The position numbers were made by a program, and so were the translations under genes. DNA of 64,000 nucleotides from positions 5,472 to 69,471 of the IMG/VR virus record IMGVR_UViG_3300031420_000496, one strand, 5' to 3'. Below are positions 17,177 to 26,249 of this stretch, one piece after another. The notes beneath the pieces were generated by a model, which worked only from the letters and a program-made list of their open reading frames with translations, was not told where the DNA came from and did no database searches. The first letter of the stretch is position 1. Every line of letters starts with the position of its first letter. This stretch comes from a virus (taxonomy: Duplodnaviria > Heunggongvirae > Uroviricota > Caudoviricetes).

Positions 17177-17295
17177 AACTGGATATTGGATTCGAACCAA
17201 TGACGCTAACCGTAGGGAACATTCACACGAGAATGCTGTATCGGTTTCGGTATCACGTGCCGCTGCACGCCGCTCTCCCACTGAGCTAATCCAGT
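17177..17295 (-). tRNA. elongated tRNA-like gene (~119 nt), CCA not encoded
   Basis: perfect acceptor ACUGGAU/AUCCAGU, universal D-arm AGCUCAGUGGGAGAGC, T-arm AUUGG UUCGAAU CCAAU; about 45 nt extra in anticodon/variable region. Confidence 0.5.
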
Positions 17296-17327
17296 TATGT
17301 GGAACCTCTTGCGAGGTCCAGGCCGCG

Positions 17328-17510
17328 TTAGCCGAGCGTGCGGGTCGTCGGCTTGCCTTCGTCGAGGAAGGTGGCGAACAGCTTGCCCTTGCTGACGTAG
17401 GCCGAAGCAGCGAACTCGGCGCTCAGCTTGCGAGCGGCCGATTCCTTCGTGTTGCCGGTGCTCAGCAGGTGGCGGGCGCGGTCGTTCAGTTCACGGGTAT
17501 TGACGGTCAT
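17328..17510 (-). CDS. hypothetical protein
   Basis: 60-aa ORF. Confidence 0.35.
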   Translation of the reverse strand: MTVNTRELNDRARHLLSTGNTKESAARKLSAEFAASAYVSKGKLFATFLDEGKPTTRTLG

Positions 17511-17539
17511 GTTCAGTTCCTTTAAAGTTGACTACAAAA

Positions 17540-17764
17540 TTAACGACGACGAATGAAGTATCCGCCTTCGTGTTCCGACTGACATCCTACACAACGAGTG
17601 CAGGATGGGTATGCTTCACGTCGCAGTTCAGGAATCGGCTGGTCGCAATCTTCGCATTTTGCTTTGCCCGGCGCCGACAAGATCGATTCGAGAACTGCGC
17701 GACGGTCTTTTACCGTCTGCTCGATCTGTGCTTGAAAATCGTCTTGTGCGCCCCAGCCCTTCAT
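17540..17764 (-). CDS. TraR/DksA-family C4 zinc-finger protein
   Basis: CEDCDQPIPELRREAYPSCTRCVGCQ four-Cys motif typical of phage TraR-like proteins. Confidence 0.75.
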   Translation of the reverse strand: MKGWGAQDDFQAQIEQTVKDRRAVLESILSAPGKAKCEDCDQPIPELRREAYPSCTRCVGCQSEHEGGYFIRRR

Positions 17765-17771
17765 GTACTGC

Positions 17772-17847
17772 TCCTAAATTCTGGTGCCCCGTGCGGGGAT
17801 CGAACCCGCAACCCTCGGTTTTAGAGACCGCCACTCTGCCAGTTGAG
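17772..17847 (-). tRNA. amber suppressor tRNA (anticodon CUA), Trp-like body
   Basis: clean cloverleaf GCCUCGU..ACGGGGC-A-CCA; anticodon arm GCGGU-CUCUAAA-ACCGA matches E. coli tRNA-Trp CCGGU-CUCCAAA-ACCGG except C35->U. Confidence 0.7.
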
Positions 17848-17927
17848 CTAACGAGGCTTAATCTGTACTGCCTGTTTCGTTCAGTGGAATCATTATACCC
17901 GGTTCACACTGTCTTGCACAGCCTTTT

Positions 17928-18218
17928 TCAGGCTTCGTGGAGCGAGATGCTCGACGGGTTGTTCCATTCCCAGAAGCAACCGTTCGCCTTCGCGAATGCT
18001 TCCAGCTTCGGGTCGATGTACGAGTAACCACCGCGGAACTCGCCGTAGTAGTCGATCGCACCGAGACCGTCATCGCTCGTCACCATGAGCACGCCGTTCT
18101 TCACGAAGCAATCGCAGCTGACTTCGACATCGTCGTAAGTCTTGCGTTCTTTGTCCCACTTGAGACTCGGGAACTTGATTTCTTTGCATTCTGCTTCGAG
18201 GACGTTGACGTTTTTCAT
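17928..18218 (-). CDS. hypothetical protein
   Basis: 96-aa ORF. Confidence 0.45.
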   Translation of the reverse strand: MKNVNVLEAECKEIKFPSLKWDKERKTYDDVEVSCDCFVKNGVLMVTSDDGLGAIDYYGEFRGGYSYIDPKLEAFAKANGCFWEWNNPSSISLHEA

Positions 18219-18282
18219 TTTGCGCTCCGTGATTCAGTAGAGATATTCTACCCGAACCATCACAGCTTGCACACAGCCGAAC

Positions 18283-18747
18283 TCAAATAATTGTTGGTGG
18301 CTTCTTGCCTTTGAATTTGCTGCACGCGAGATGCAACCACACAGTGACAAAACTGCCGGTGTTCTTTGGATTCTTGATGGATGCAATATTGGTGCCGGTT
18401 GCCAGCACTTCACCGTCGGACGCGTACACTGTCGACTTCTCGATGTTGAACGTGTCATCATTGCATTTCGCTGCTACTTCATTGACGTAGTAAGCACCGA
18501 GCTTTGTTTTACCGGAAATTGCAAATGGTGTTCCGAAGTCCATCTTCAAACGTGACAGCAGTTCGAATCCATTGTGGCGGACGATCAGCTTTACGGACTT
18601 GGTGTCGATGTCGATTTTGAAGTTTGGTTGGTCAACCACGTTGGACCAGGCGGGAGTAATCAGCGGTGCAGCGGTCTGTGGCGTGGCCACTCCCGGCATT
18701 GCGATTAAGGCCGCGAGAGTGACGCTTGCTACAAGTGATGCTGACAT
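18283..18747 (-). CDS. hypothetical secreted protein
   Basis: N-terminal signal peptide-like segment. Confidence 0.5.
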   Translation of the reverse strand: MSASLVASVTLAALIAMPGVATPQTAAPLITPAWSNVVDQPNFKIDIDTKSVKLIVRHNGFELLSRLKMDFGTPFAISGKTKLGAYYVNEVAAKCNDDTFNIEKSTVYASDGEVLATGTNIASIKNPKNTGSFVTVWLHLACSKFKGKKPPTII

Positions 18748-18764
18748 TTGCCTGTCTCCTGAGG

Positions 18765-18890
18765 GGAATGCAGAACGCCTTCACTGAAGAGCTTTGAAGT
18801 CCTACTTCCTATAAAGTAGGGGCAGGCAATCACTCGCCCGAGCGCGTTGCTGCAGCAACGTCCAAAGTTCTTCAGTGAAGGCGTTCACTG
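18765..18890. repeat. nested palindromes (24-bp inverted repeat arms plus two internal hairpins)
   Basis: GAACGCCTTCACTGAAGAGCTTTG .. CAAAGTTCTTCAGTGAAGGCGTTC, with CCTACTTCCTATAAAGTAGGG and CGTTGCTGCAGCAACG inside. Confidence 0.5.
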
Positions 18891-18895
18891 ATTTG

Positions 18896-19090
18896 TTACG
18901 GTTCTATTTTACCTCGGATGCCGAGAAATTTCACACTCTTTTCTGAATCGTCGCAGTTGTCCCCAGGATCGTATGGGCAGCACGGCTTGTGCCAAATCCA
19001 ATTGTCGATCCGTGGTTCATCACAACCTGGGCAGTAACCTTGAACTTCAGGTTCCTGCGTCTCCTGGGCTTTGTTCTTCGTTCCCATCAT
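18896..19090 (-). CDS. hypothetical Cys-rich small protein
   Basis: CPGCDEP..CCPYDPGDNCDD. Confidence 0.4.
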   Translation of the reverse strand: MMGTKNKAQETQEPEVQGYCPGCDEPRIDNWIWHKPCCPYDPGDNCDDSEKSVKFLGIRGKIEP

Positions 19091-19343
19091 TGCGCTCCTC
19101 AGCTAAGAAACATTTAAACGTGAAGACGGACCCGTCCTCATTCGTGCGTTTCTTTTTTCTCTTCTTGCCATGTACGAGCTTTCCACGTTTCTCAACGATC
19201 CCGTTGACGTAGGCATAGAAGCGAGGGTCGCTCTTCTTGAACTTCTTTGAGGCTTGTTCTTCAGCCTCTTTCCACCAGCGTTCGATATGATCCGCTGATA
19301 GCCCAGTTTCCTTGGCGTAACTTTTGACGACTGCGTTAGGCAT
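19047..19343 (-). CDS. hypothetical protein
   Basis: 98-aa ORF. Confidence 0.4.
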   Translation of the reverse strand: MPNAVVKSYAKETGLSADHIERWWKEAEEQASKKFKKSDPRFYAYVNGIVEKRGKLVHGKKRKKKRTNEDGSVFTFKCFLAEERNDGNEEQSPGDAGT

Positions 19344-19345
19344 GA

Positions 19346-19690
19346 TTATTTCTTCCCGTACAGTTCATCGAGAACAAGGTCAGTATCTTTCCGATCGTTC
19401 CAATCAGGCAGATCGTCGACGTTGGTTCCTTTTGGATAGGTTTTCTCTTCCCCTTCAAAATCTTCGATCGTGAGCGGTGCAGCCAATTCAATCTTGGTAA
19501 TCATGAACTGTTCTGGATGATTCTCGTCAAATGACGAGTTGTCACCATGGCGATCGCTGAATCCAGCTTCGTAGTCGAAAGTCACCTTGAGTTTCATCTC
19601 ACCCATGTTGTATGAGTCGATGGTGACATTCTTAGTATTGTTGGAGCTATCTTTACGCTTCGAGGAGCCGCGGATTTCGTGCAGTTTCAT
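19346..19690 (-). CDS. hypothetical protein
   Basis: 114-aa ORF. Confidence 0.45.
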   Translation of the reverse strand: MKLHEIRGSSKRKDSSNNTKNVTIDSYNMGEMKLKVTFDYEAGFSDRHGDNSSFDENHPEQFMITKIELAAPLTIEDFEGEEKTYPKGTNVDDLPDWNDRKDTDLVLDELYGKK

Positions 19691-19725
19691 AGTTGATCCT
19701 AATTGTTGGATCAGTTATTTATGCC

Positions 19726-20121
19726 TTAACGCGCAACTGTTGTCAAAAGCATAGTTATGATGCAGATCAGCAACAGAACACCGCAGATAACTAGCATGAT
19801 CGGAAAGTCGCTACCGCCCTCGTTGTCGTCTGTTTTCTGCGAAGCGTTCAAGATTCGCTGTTGTGCGTTGCTAGCCTTGATTTCCCGCATTTGTGTAAAC
19901 GCGTCCCTGAGACGTTTGCCTTGCTCGTACGAGAAAACAGTGTTATTGCTACGGCCATTCCAGGTATCGGTAATTCCACTTCCACCAGTTGTGGAAATCC
20001 AATATTCGACGCCGGTCTTGGTGTCGGTCATCGTGTGGACGCCAACACTGAACCGGCCTGGGTTGTTCACCATGGCATAGCACAACTCGTCCACGGCTTC
20101 ATTCATGTAATCGAATTTCAT
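19726..20121 (-). CDS. hypothetical membrane-anchored protein
   Basis: C-terminal hydrophobic helix IMLVICGVLLLICIITMLL. Confidence 0.45.
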   Translation of the reverse strand: MKFDYMNEAVDELCYAMVNNPGRFSVGVHTMTDTKTGVEYWISTTGGSGITDTWNGRSNNTVFSYEQGKRLRDAFTQMREIKASNAQQRILNASQKTDDNEGGSDFPIMLVICGVLLLICIITMLLTTVAR

Positions 20122-20681
20122 TTTTGCAGACCTCGCGAAAGGAAGTGGCGGACGATGTAGCCCTGGAACGAGTCCTGGAATTGACGCGGACCCGCAAACT
20201 TCAGCTTGCGATGGGCTGATTCTTTGTTGCCAAGTTTGTTCAGGCTGTCTTCCAGCAAACCGCGCCAGAACGAATCCGAAATGGAGTACGTGTCTTCCGG
20301 CGCGGTGATGATGATCGTTGCTGGCGTTTTATCCAGATCATCCATGCCGAAGATGTCACGCGCACCCTGGCCAACTGGCTCGCCAGTATAGAGGTGATGA
20401 CCCAGCGGCAACTCGCTCAGATACACATACGCCACCAATTCGAGCGGATCAGCCTTCATGGCTTCTTCGTCACGTTGATGCATTGGACCTGGTTGACGAG
20501 CAACGTAATACTCGTCGTCCGGAATTGCCGTGACGGCAATCGAGTCCATTGTTTGAATGTACGGATCGCCCGGGTTTCGATACTTGACGACCGTGCACGA
20601 CGTCGATTCGCCGGCAGCTTGACGATCCAGTTTGGACAGCAGCGTCATCAGATTGCGACGGCTCAGATAAATTTGTTCCAT
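20118..20681 (-). CDS. hypothetical protein
   Basis: 187-aa ORF. Confidence 0.5.
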   Translation of the reverse strand: MEQIYLSRRNLMTLLSKLDRQAAGESTSCTVVKYRNPGDPYIQTMDSIAVTAIPDDEYYVARQPGPMHQRDEEAMKADPLELVAYVYLSELPLGHHLYTGEPVGQGARDIFGMDDLDKTPATIIITAPEDTYSISDSFWRGLLEDSLNKLGNKESAHRKLKFAGPRQFQDSFQGYIVRHFLSRGLQK

Positions 20682-20689
20682 GATTTTCC

Positions 20690-21920
20690 TTACAGTACTT
20701 CGTGGAGGAGTTGAACATCAGCAGCCGACGGACCGTACGATGCAGCACAGACTTCGATGCCCATGACTTTTTCGATGTACGCCAGCAGCTTCACCGACTT
20801 CAGCTTGAGCATGTCCTTGTTGCGGGTGACGATCGTCACGTGCTCGTCGAGTTGGTCGAGGCAGGTCACAAACAGCTTCGGCTGAAGAACCTCGACACCG
20901 AACAGCTGTGCAACGTGTTGGCCACGCTTCATGTCTTCGCGGATATACCATGCGAGCGCATGCAGATTCAGCGGAGCGTAACGGATCGAGCCTTGCCATT
21001 GGTTGTCGACGTTGGTCTTGTCGACCAGTTCTTTGTCGGTGATGGTTGCGCCTTCGTACAGCAGTTCGCCGGCACCGTGACGCGTCGCGTACGAACGAGT
21101 CATGTACACTGGACGGATCGACGTGCGACCGCATTCAGCTGCAGCGCGGATCGACGATGCGAGACCAGTAACGGAACGCGTGACGTGCGGGAAGTCGCCA
21201 AGGAATTCGTCGAGCATCAGGCCTTGTGCGCCTTCGACGACCACGACATCATCTTGTCCAAGGAACAACTTCGGATTCTGCAGCGACATGATGTCGCCAT
21301 AGTGCATCAGGTCTTCGACTTGCGTTTGGGTTTCGTCGAAGTACTCGAAGAAACGCATTGCGTCTTCGTTGCCTTCGAAGTCAGCTTTGTTCAGGCCGAG
21401 TTCCTGCATACGCTTCGGAACCCATTGACCGCGAATTTTCTGCAGGGCTTGTGCGATACCGAACTCGCTGCCTTTGATGGTTGCCATGTCGAGATGGTAG
21501 CCGGCCAGATCACGCGTGACGGTCTCGTTGATGCCCATGCCGCACGAACCATGACGTGCCGCACCGCGCTTGATTTCGATCAGCGAGTTGATGGCCATGT
21601 CGTAGTACGTGGTGACGCGGCTGTTGGGCGAGATGTAGACGCGTTGGCGAGTGCCGAGTTCTTTCAGCTCACGATTGAGCATGTACGGATTCGCGATGAA
21701 GCCGGAACTCAGATACGTTGGAACACCAGCGAACGCGCCGGAGCCGACGTGGCCGAAGACATGTCGCTTATCGCCATCGACGACAGTGTGACCAGCTTGT
21801 GCGCCACCATTGCCGCGAGCCACCATGGCTGCATTGTAGTGACGCGAGAAGAAGTCGGTTGCAAGGCCTTTGCCTTCGTCGCCATAACCGGCGCCGATAA
21901 CTGCGATAGATTTCGACATG
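20690..21920 (-). CDS. adenylosuccinate synthetase (PurA) family enzyme, divergent substrate loops
   Basis: GDEGKG P-loop, GNGGAQAGHTVV, VEGAQG, YATRHGAG motifs present; TTGRRRR aspartate loop and GTTGRGIGP IMP-phosphate loop replaced. Confidence 0.8.
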
Positions 21921-22102
21921 TTGATTTCCTTATTTTTTCGTGCAGGTTGCGAGTACGATCGAAGCCTGACCACGCAGACTTTCACGGTTTGCTTCCATGG
22001 CGGCGTTGCATGTGGCCTGCGAGTTGTACTCGACCTTCAGGGTTGCCACACCACCTTGGCTCATGCCGACGGTAAACACCATCGTGAGAATGTATGGAAC
22101 GA

Positions 22103-22360
22103 TCACAGCTTGCCCTCCTTCAGGCGGTTGATCAGCATGTCGAGAATGCACCAGTCTTGGAAGTAAACCTTTCCTTCGTCCAGCTGTTCGAGCAGCGATT
22201 CGAGTTCGTCATCGTCTTGCGCATACTCTACGCAGAGCGCGCGAACATCTTCGCGATTCGCGTCGTTCACTTTGATTGGGTAATCGTTGCAGCCGTTGTT
22301 CGACATTTCATCACGGGCAGTGCCAACTACTTCAGCAAAGATATGCCGCAGGAAATCATT
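22103..22360 (-). CDS. hypothetical acidic protein
   Basis: ORF from MNDFLRHIFAEVV. Confidence 0.35.
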   Translation of the reverse strand, partial: NDFLRHIFAEVVGTARDEMSNNGCNDYPIKVNDANREDVRALCVEYAQDDDELESLLEQLDEGKVYFQDWCILDMLINRLKEGKL

Positions 22361-22423
22361 CATTGTGTTGCTCCAAAAGAAGAATGGACCAATTATACTA
22401 CATCGGTCCATTCGTGTACATCT

Positions 22424-22624
22424 TTAAATTGTCTCGGCTTCGTTCCACCGCGGATCGTCGCGTGTGATACGTTCACGCGACTCATGTGGCATTCCACGAT
22501 CCCAAACTATCTCGCGAAACTCGTCAGGCCAAGTATCTTTTGGCTTTCGAGTCGCGAAATATTCGGTGACCGTTGTTTTCGGTGGAGGCAGCTGGGGTCG
22601 TGACCAACCGTCCCAGCCGTCCAT
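22424..22624 (-). CDS. hypothetical protein
   Basis: 66-aa ORF. Confidence 0.3.
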   Translation of the reverse strand: MDGWDGWSRPQLPPPKTTVTEYFATRKPKDTWPDEFREIVWDRGMPHESRERITRDDPRWNEAETI

Positions 22625-22625
22625 T

Positions 22626-23543
22626 TTAGATGCCTTCTTCGCCGAGTGCAGTGCTGAACGCGTAGCGCAGTGCGTCCTTCACTTTCGATTCAGCGATGAC
22701 CGCGTGCATGTCGGCGCCTTGTGCGATTGCCATCGTGGCCAGCACGACTTCGGTCAGCACCGAAGTGTCCTTGACGAAGATCGCGTTCGGGCCCAGCATG
22801 TCGATCCAGCTTTGGCGAGTGCCACGGCTCGAACGGCCGCCGGTCTCGATCACGACGTGGAACACGTTGTATTTCTCTTGCGCAGCCTTCAGGCTTGCTG
22901 CCGGCGGAGTGTCTTCGTAGTCGCCCGGGCCGAAGATGGTGCGCAGGTCGCTCTTGCGAACGGTCTGGAACGGTGCCGGCTCGTCGCCGAAGGTGAACAG
23001 GAAACCTTTGCGGTTTTGCTTTTCGTACGACTCGAGATAGGTGTAGCGACCGGCGAAGTACCACGACAGGTCGTACGACTCGGAGCCGTTACCGCCGCCG
23101 TTGGCGACCAGCCACATCTGACGCAGCTGCTCGACGATCTTCAGGTCCGGCTCGAAGTACGACACCTGCAGGGCGCCGTGACCTTGTGCGAACACGTCGT
23201 CGATCGCGTGGAACATGACGTGCGGATCGCTGACGATACCGGTGGCGTGGATTTCGGTCATCAGCTTCGGCAGCTCGACCTTGGCGATTTGTTCTGCGAC
23301 GGCGCCCATGGAGCCGGTCACGTCCAGGCCGAGGATGATCGGCGTCGGATTCGGATTCTCGTCCGAGATGATCGATTCGCGCAGTTGCAGGCCGACGCGA
23401 TCGCCTTTGCCGACCTTCACGTTACGTGGATCGAGCTTTTCGGCGACCTTGTGCGAGAAGACTTGCTCGCGCGGTTTGTTGACGTAGTCGGTACTCTTCG
23501 CGTACGAGCGGTAGTTGTCTTGATCCCAGCGTGCGTTACCCAT
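22626..23543 (-). CDS. von Willebrand factor A (vWA) domain protein
   Basis: MIDAS motif ILGLDVTGSMG (DxTGSM). Confidence 0.7.
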   Translation of the reverse strand: MGNARWDQDNYRSYAKSTDYVNKPREQVFSHKVAEKLDPRNVKVGKGDRVGLQLRESIISDENPNPTPIILGLDVTGSMGAVAEQIAKVELPKLMTEIHATGIVSDPHVMFHAIDDVFAQGHGALQVSYFEPDLKIVEQLRQMWLVANGGGNGSESYDLSWYFAGRYTYLESYEKQNRKGFLFTFGDEPAPFQTVRKSDLRTIFGPGDYEDTPPAASLKAAQEKYNVFHVVIETGGRSSRGTRQSWIDMLGPNAIFVKDTSVLTEVVLATMAIAQGADMHAVIAESKVKDALRYAFSTALGEEGI

Positions 23544-23546
23544 GAT

Positions 23547-23918
23547 TTAATCCTTCCGATGTTTGTTTGAAAACTTACGAGCGAGACGTTCGTTTACACG
23601 ATACATGCCGCGAACTTTTACCGATCCTTTGAATTCAAAGGTTTGCGGATCGACGTACAGAGGGTCACATCTTACCACGATTACGTCTTCGCCGGTAATG
23701 CCGCCGCCATTTTGGTCTTTCCACTCTTGAAGCAATCGCTTCACTCGTGCGGCATCGCTTGCTTCGACGCTGCCGAGTTTCATCTTACCGTTATGCAGCA
23801 TCACTGCATTGGTGTCGTACTTGTTGTCTTGCTCGGGCACCAAATACAAACACTGGTCGAACACGTCGAGCTTCGACGCACGGTGGATGTAATCGTGTGC
23901 TCCGTTGTAAAACCGCAT
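23547..23918 (-). CDS. HIRAN-domain protein
   Basis: LYLVPEQDNKYDTNAVMLHNGKMKLGSV resembles HIRAN core (LxxEPxNxYDxNAvxV....G). Confidence 0.55.
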   Translation of the reverse strand: MRFYNGAHDYIHRASKLDVFDQCLYLVPEQDNKYDTNAVMLHNGKMKLGSVEASDAARVKRLLQEWKDQNGGGITGEDVIVVRCDPLYVDPQTFEFKGSVKVRGMYRVNERLARKFSNKHRKD

Positions 23919-24013
23919 CCCGACGATTGTGATCGGTGAGAGCGTTGTCCGCTCTGCACTAGTCAGACTGCGAAGTCCCGAGTGGAACTTCGCATCCCAA
24001 TCGCTGTCGTCGG

Positions 24014-24835
24014 TCAGCGATTGAAAGGGCCTTTCGGACCGTTGCCGCTGGTCTTGTTGCTGCCGCCGAACAGGTTGCCACCGCCGCCCATCATCTGCAT
24101 CATCATCATGGTCTGCATCATGTTGCCGCCGCCGTTGTTACCGCCCATGGCGCCCATCAGCATCAGGGGCATCAGTTTTTCCATGTCCGGGCCGCCTTCG
24201 CCGCCGTTCATGGCCGACAGTTGCATCATCATCATCATGTTGCTCTGCATGCCTTGCAGGTCGTTGTGACCGCCCGGCAGCATGGTCAGCAGCGAGCGGA
24301 TGACCATCACGCCGTCCGAGCCCATGCCCAGCATCGTGACCTTCGGTGGTTTCCAGGTGGTACGCTGGCCGTCGGTCTTCATCAGCACGAACTGCACGTT
24401 GTTGCTGTCGATGGCGGTCGCCGGTTGCAGGCCCAGCGGGTCAGGACCAGCTGCAGCTTGTGCGCGAGTAGCGGCGGTTTGACGCTTCGCTTTGGTCGGG
24501 GTCGAGCTGCCGGTCGGCTTCACGCCACGCTTGATTTCGATGATCCAGCCCGGACGATCGCCGGCGCCGAAGTAGATCAGGTCGCCGACGTTGACGGCCG
24601 AGATTGGGGTCGATTGGGCGAACGCCGGAACTTCCATGCCGAACTGGTCGAACAGGTTGATTTCGACTTGTGCGTCGTCGCCTTCGCCGGCGAAGGTCGC
24701 GATGCCTTCTTTCGTTTGCACGCCGACCTTACCGGTCATCATGTCCCACACCACGCCTGGTGCGCGACGGAAGATGCGGTCCATGAACTTTTCGCCGCCC
24801 GGCATGTTTGCACCAAAGTTAGTCATTGCATTCAT
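24014..24835 (-). CDS. hypothetical protein with Met/Gly-rich low-complexity C-terminus
   Basis: MMMMMQLSAMNGGEGG..GAMGGNNGGGNMMQTMMMMQMMGGGGN. Confidence 0.55.
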   Translation of the reverse strand: MNAMTNFGANMPGGEKFMDRIFRRAPGVVWDMMTGKVGVQTKEGIATFAGEGDDAQVEINLFDQFGMEVPAFAQSTPISAVNVGDLIYFGAGDRPGWIIEIKRGVKPTGSSTPTKAKRQTAATRAQAAAGPDPLGLQPATAIDSNNVQFVLMKTDGQRTTWKPPKVTMLGMGSDGVMVIRSLLTMLPGGHNDLQGMQSNMMMMMQLSAMNGGEGGPDMEKLMPLMLMGAMGGNNGGGNMMQTMMMMQMMGGGGNLFGGSNKTSGNGPKGPFNR

Positions 24836-24937
24836 TGTTATTCTCCTTGAGAGTACCCCGATAATTTTTGGATTCGAGGCGTATCCGTTTAAGTGAGTAC
24901 ATTATAGCCTGTAATGACTCCAATGTACAGCGTTAGT

Positions 24938-26161
24938 TTAATCTTTAATCAAACCGAGCATCGTGCTCAGCATGATATGATGGTCTTCAAACCACCATTC
25001 AGGATTTGCCAGAGCAACAGAGATTGGCATGAAGAAAGCATCTTCAGTTTCCACTACACCATCAACACCAATATCTTCGATTGGGAAGTATTGGCCTTTC
25101 ACGATCGGCAACGGCTTCGTATCATCGAGACGGAAGAGGTGGCAAGTCGTGAACGTACGACCACGAAGACTGCGGTTCGGATCGTCGAAGTTCCGCGTAG
25201 CAACCAACGAGCCGCGCAGAATTGCTTCGGTGATCTTCCGCCAGTTCTTTCCGTCAGCCAGCTTTAGACCAGTTTCTTCGATCGCTTCTGCGATTGCGGC
25301 GAGCAGCAGCGTCTGATTACTTTTGACGAAGCCGCCAGGCAGAGCGATCAGACCTTTACCAGGCAGTGCACCGCGACGAACAACAAGCACGTGGCCGGAC
25401 TGGATAATGCAGGCGTCGGCCGTGACGTACGTGCGGTCGTATTGCTTCGCGAGCCACGAGTCGAAGATGTCGACGATCTTCTCGTGATAGCGGTGAGGCA
25501 CGAAGTCAAGGATCGCCTTGAGCAGTGGTGCGTGCGGATTCTTGTACTTGACGTTGAACTCGTACTCTTCACGAAGCGTTTCGAATTCCTTCGTGCCATG
25601 AAATTGGCGAAGGAAGTTCACGGTCGTCAGCGGCACATCAAGCCAGTTGGCTGCACCACCGAAGTTGTCGCTGAACAGACGATGACGAAGTTTCGATGCA
25701 GACAGCCCTTCGCCAGCATCGATTGCTGGTTTGAGGTCGCTGATGTATTGAGGAAATGAATTGAGATACCACGTTGTCGAATCACGATCGGCGCCAGTGA
25801 TGGCGACATCAACTTCGCTGGCTTTCCAGCCAACTTCTTTGATGGTCGCATCGACGGTTTCTTGAACCAACTGCAACCACTTTGGGGTATTGTATTGGTC
25901 AACCACCGGCTTGATGATAGGCCACTTGTCAGTCGTCAGATAGTTCTGAAGAACCCAAGCGTTAATCATGTCGAAACGTTCGCTGAACGTAAACGGATTC
26001 TTAATGTTGCGGGCGATGAATGCACTTCCGACGAGTACCAGGACTTTGTCCGAAGATTCAATTGCCTGTTCCAGTATATGGGCGTGACCATTATGGAACG
26101 GTTGGAAACGGCCAATGAAGACCGTCAGACGCTTACGCGTCTTGATTTCGCTGTGTGCCAT
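24938..26161 (-). CDS. bifunctional NMN adenylyltransferase / Nudix hydrolase (NadM-Nudix)
   Basis: N-terminal FIGRFQPFHNGH cytidylyltransferase motif; C-terminal Nudix box PGGFVKSNQTLLLAAIAEAIEETG. Confidence 0.85.
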   Translation of the reverse strand: MAHSEIKTRKRLTVFIGRFQPFHNGHAHILEQAIESSDKVLVLVGSAFIARNIKNPFTFSERFDMINAWVLQNYLTTDKWPIIKPVVDQYNTPKWLQLVQETVDATIKEVGWKASEVDVAITGADRDSTTWYLNSFPQYISDLKPAIDAGEGLSASKLRHRLFSDNFGGAANWLDVPLTTVNFLRQFHGTKEFETLREEYEFNVKYKNPHAPLLKAILDFVPHRYHEKIVDIFDSWLAKQYDRTYVTADACIIQSGHVLVVRRGALPGKGLIALPGGFVKSNQTLLLAAIAEAIEETGLKLADGKNWRKITEAILRGSLVATRNFDDPNRSLRGRTFTTCHLFRLDDTKPLPIVKGQYFPIEDIGVDGVVETEDAFFMPISVALANPEWWFEDHHIMLSTMLGLIKD

Positions 26162-26249
26162 TTCGAGCTCCTCGAGTGGGCGGTGAACTGTGGAAGCGTC
26201 TATCGCTTCACGAGAGTATTTATAGTACCACGAACATAAGTCCGTGGTT

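Noticed and set aside
20690-21920. PurZ of a 2-aminoadenine (Z-genome) phage
   Set aside because: No DatZ, MazZ or DpoZ-like neighbours were recognised. PurZ still uses aspartate, whereas here the Asp-binding loop is replaced. Kept only as a check in the PurA finding.
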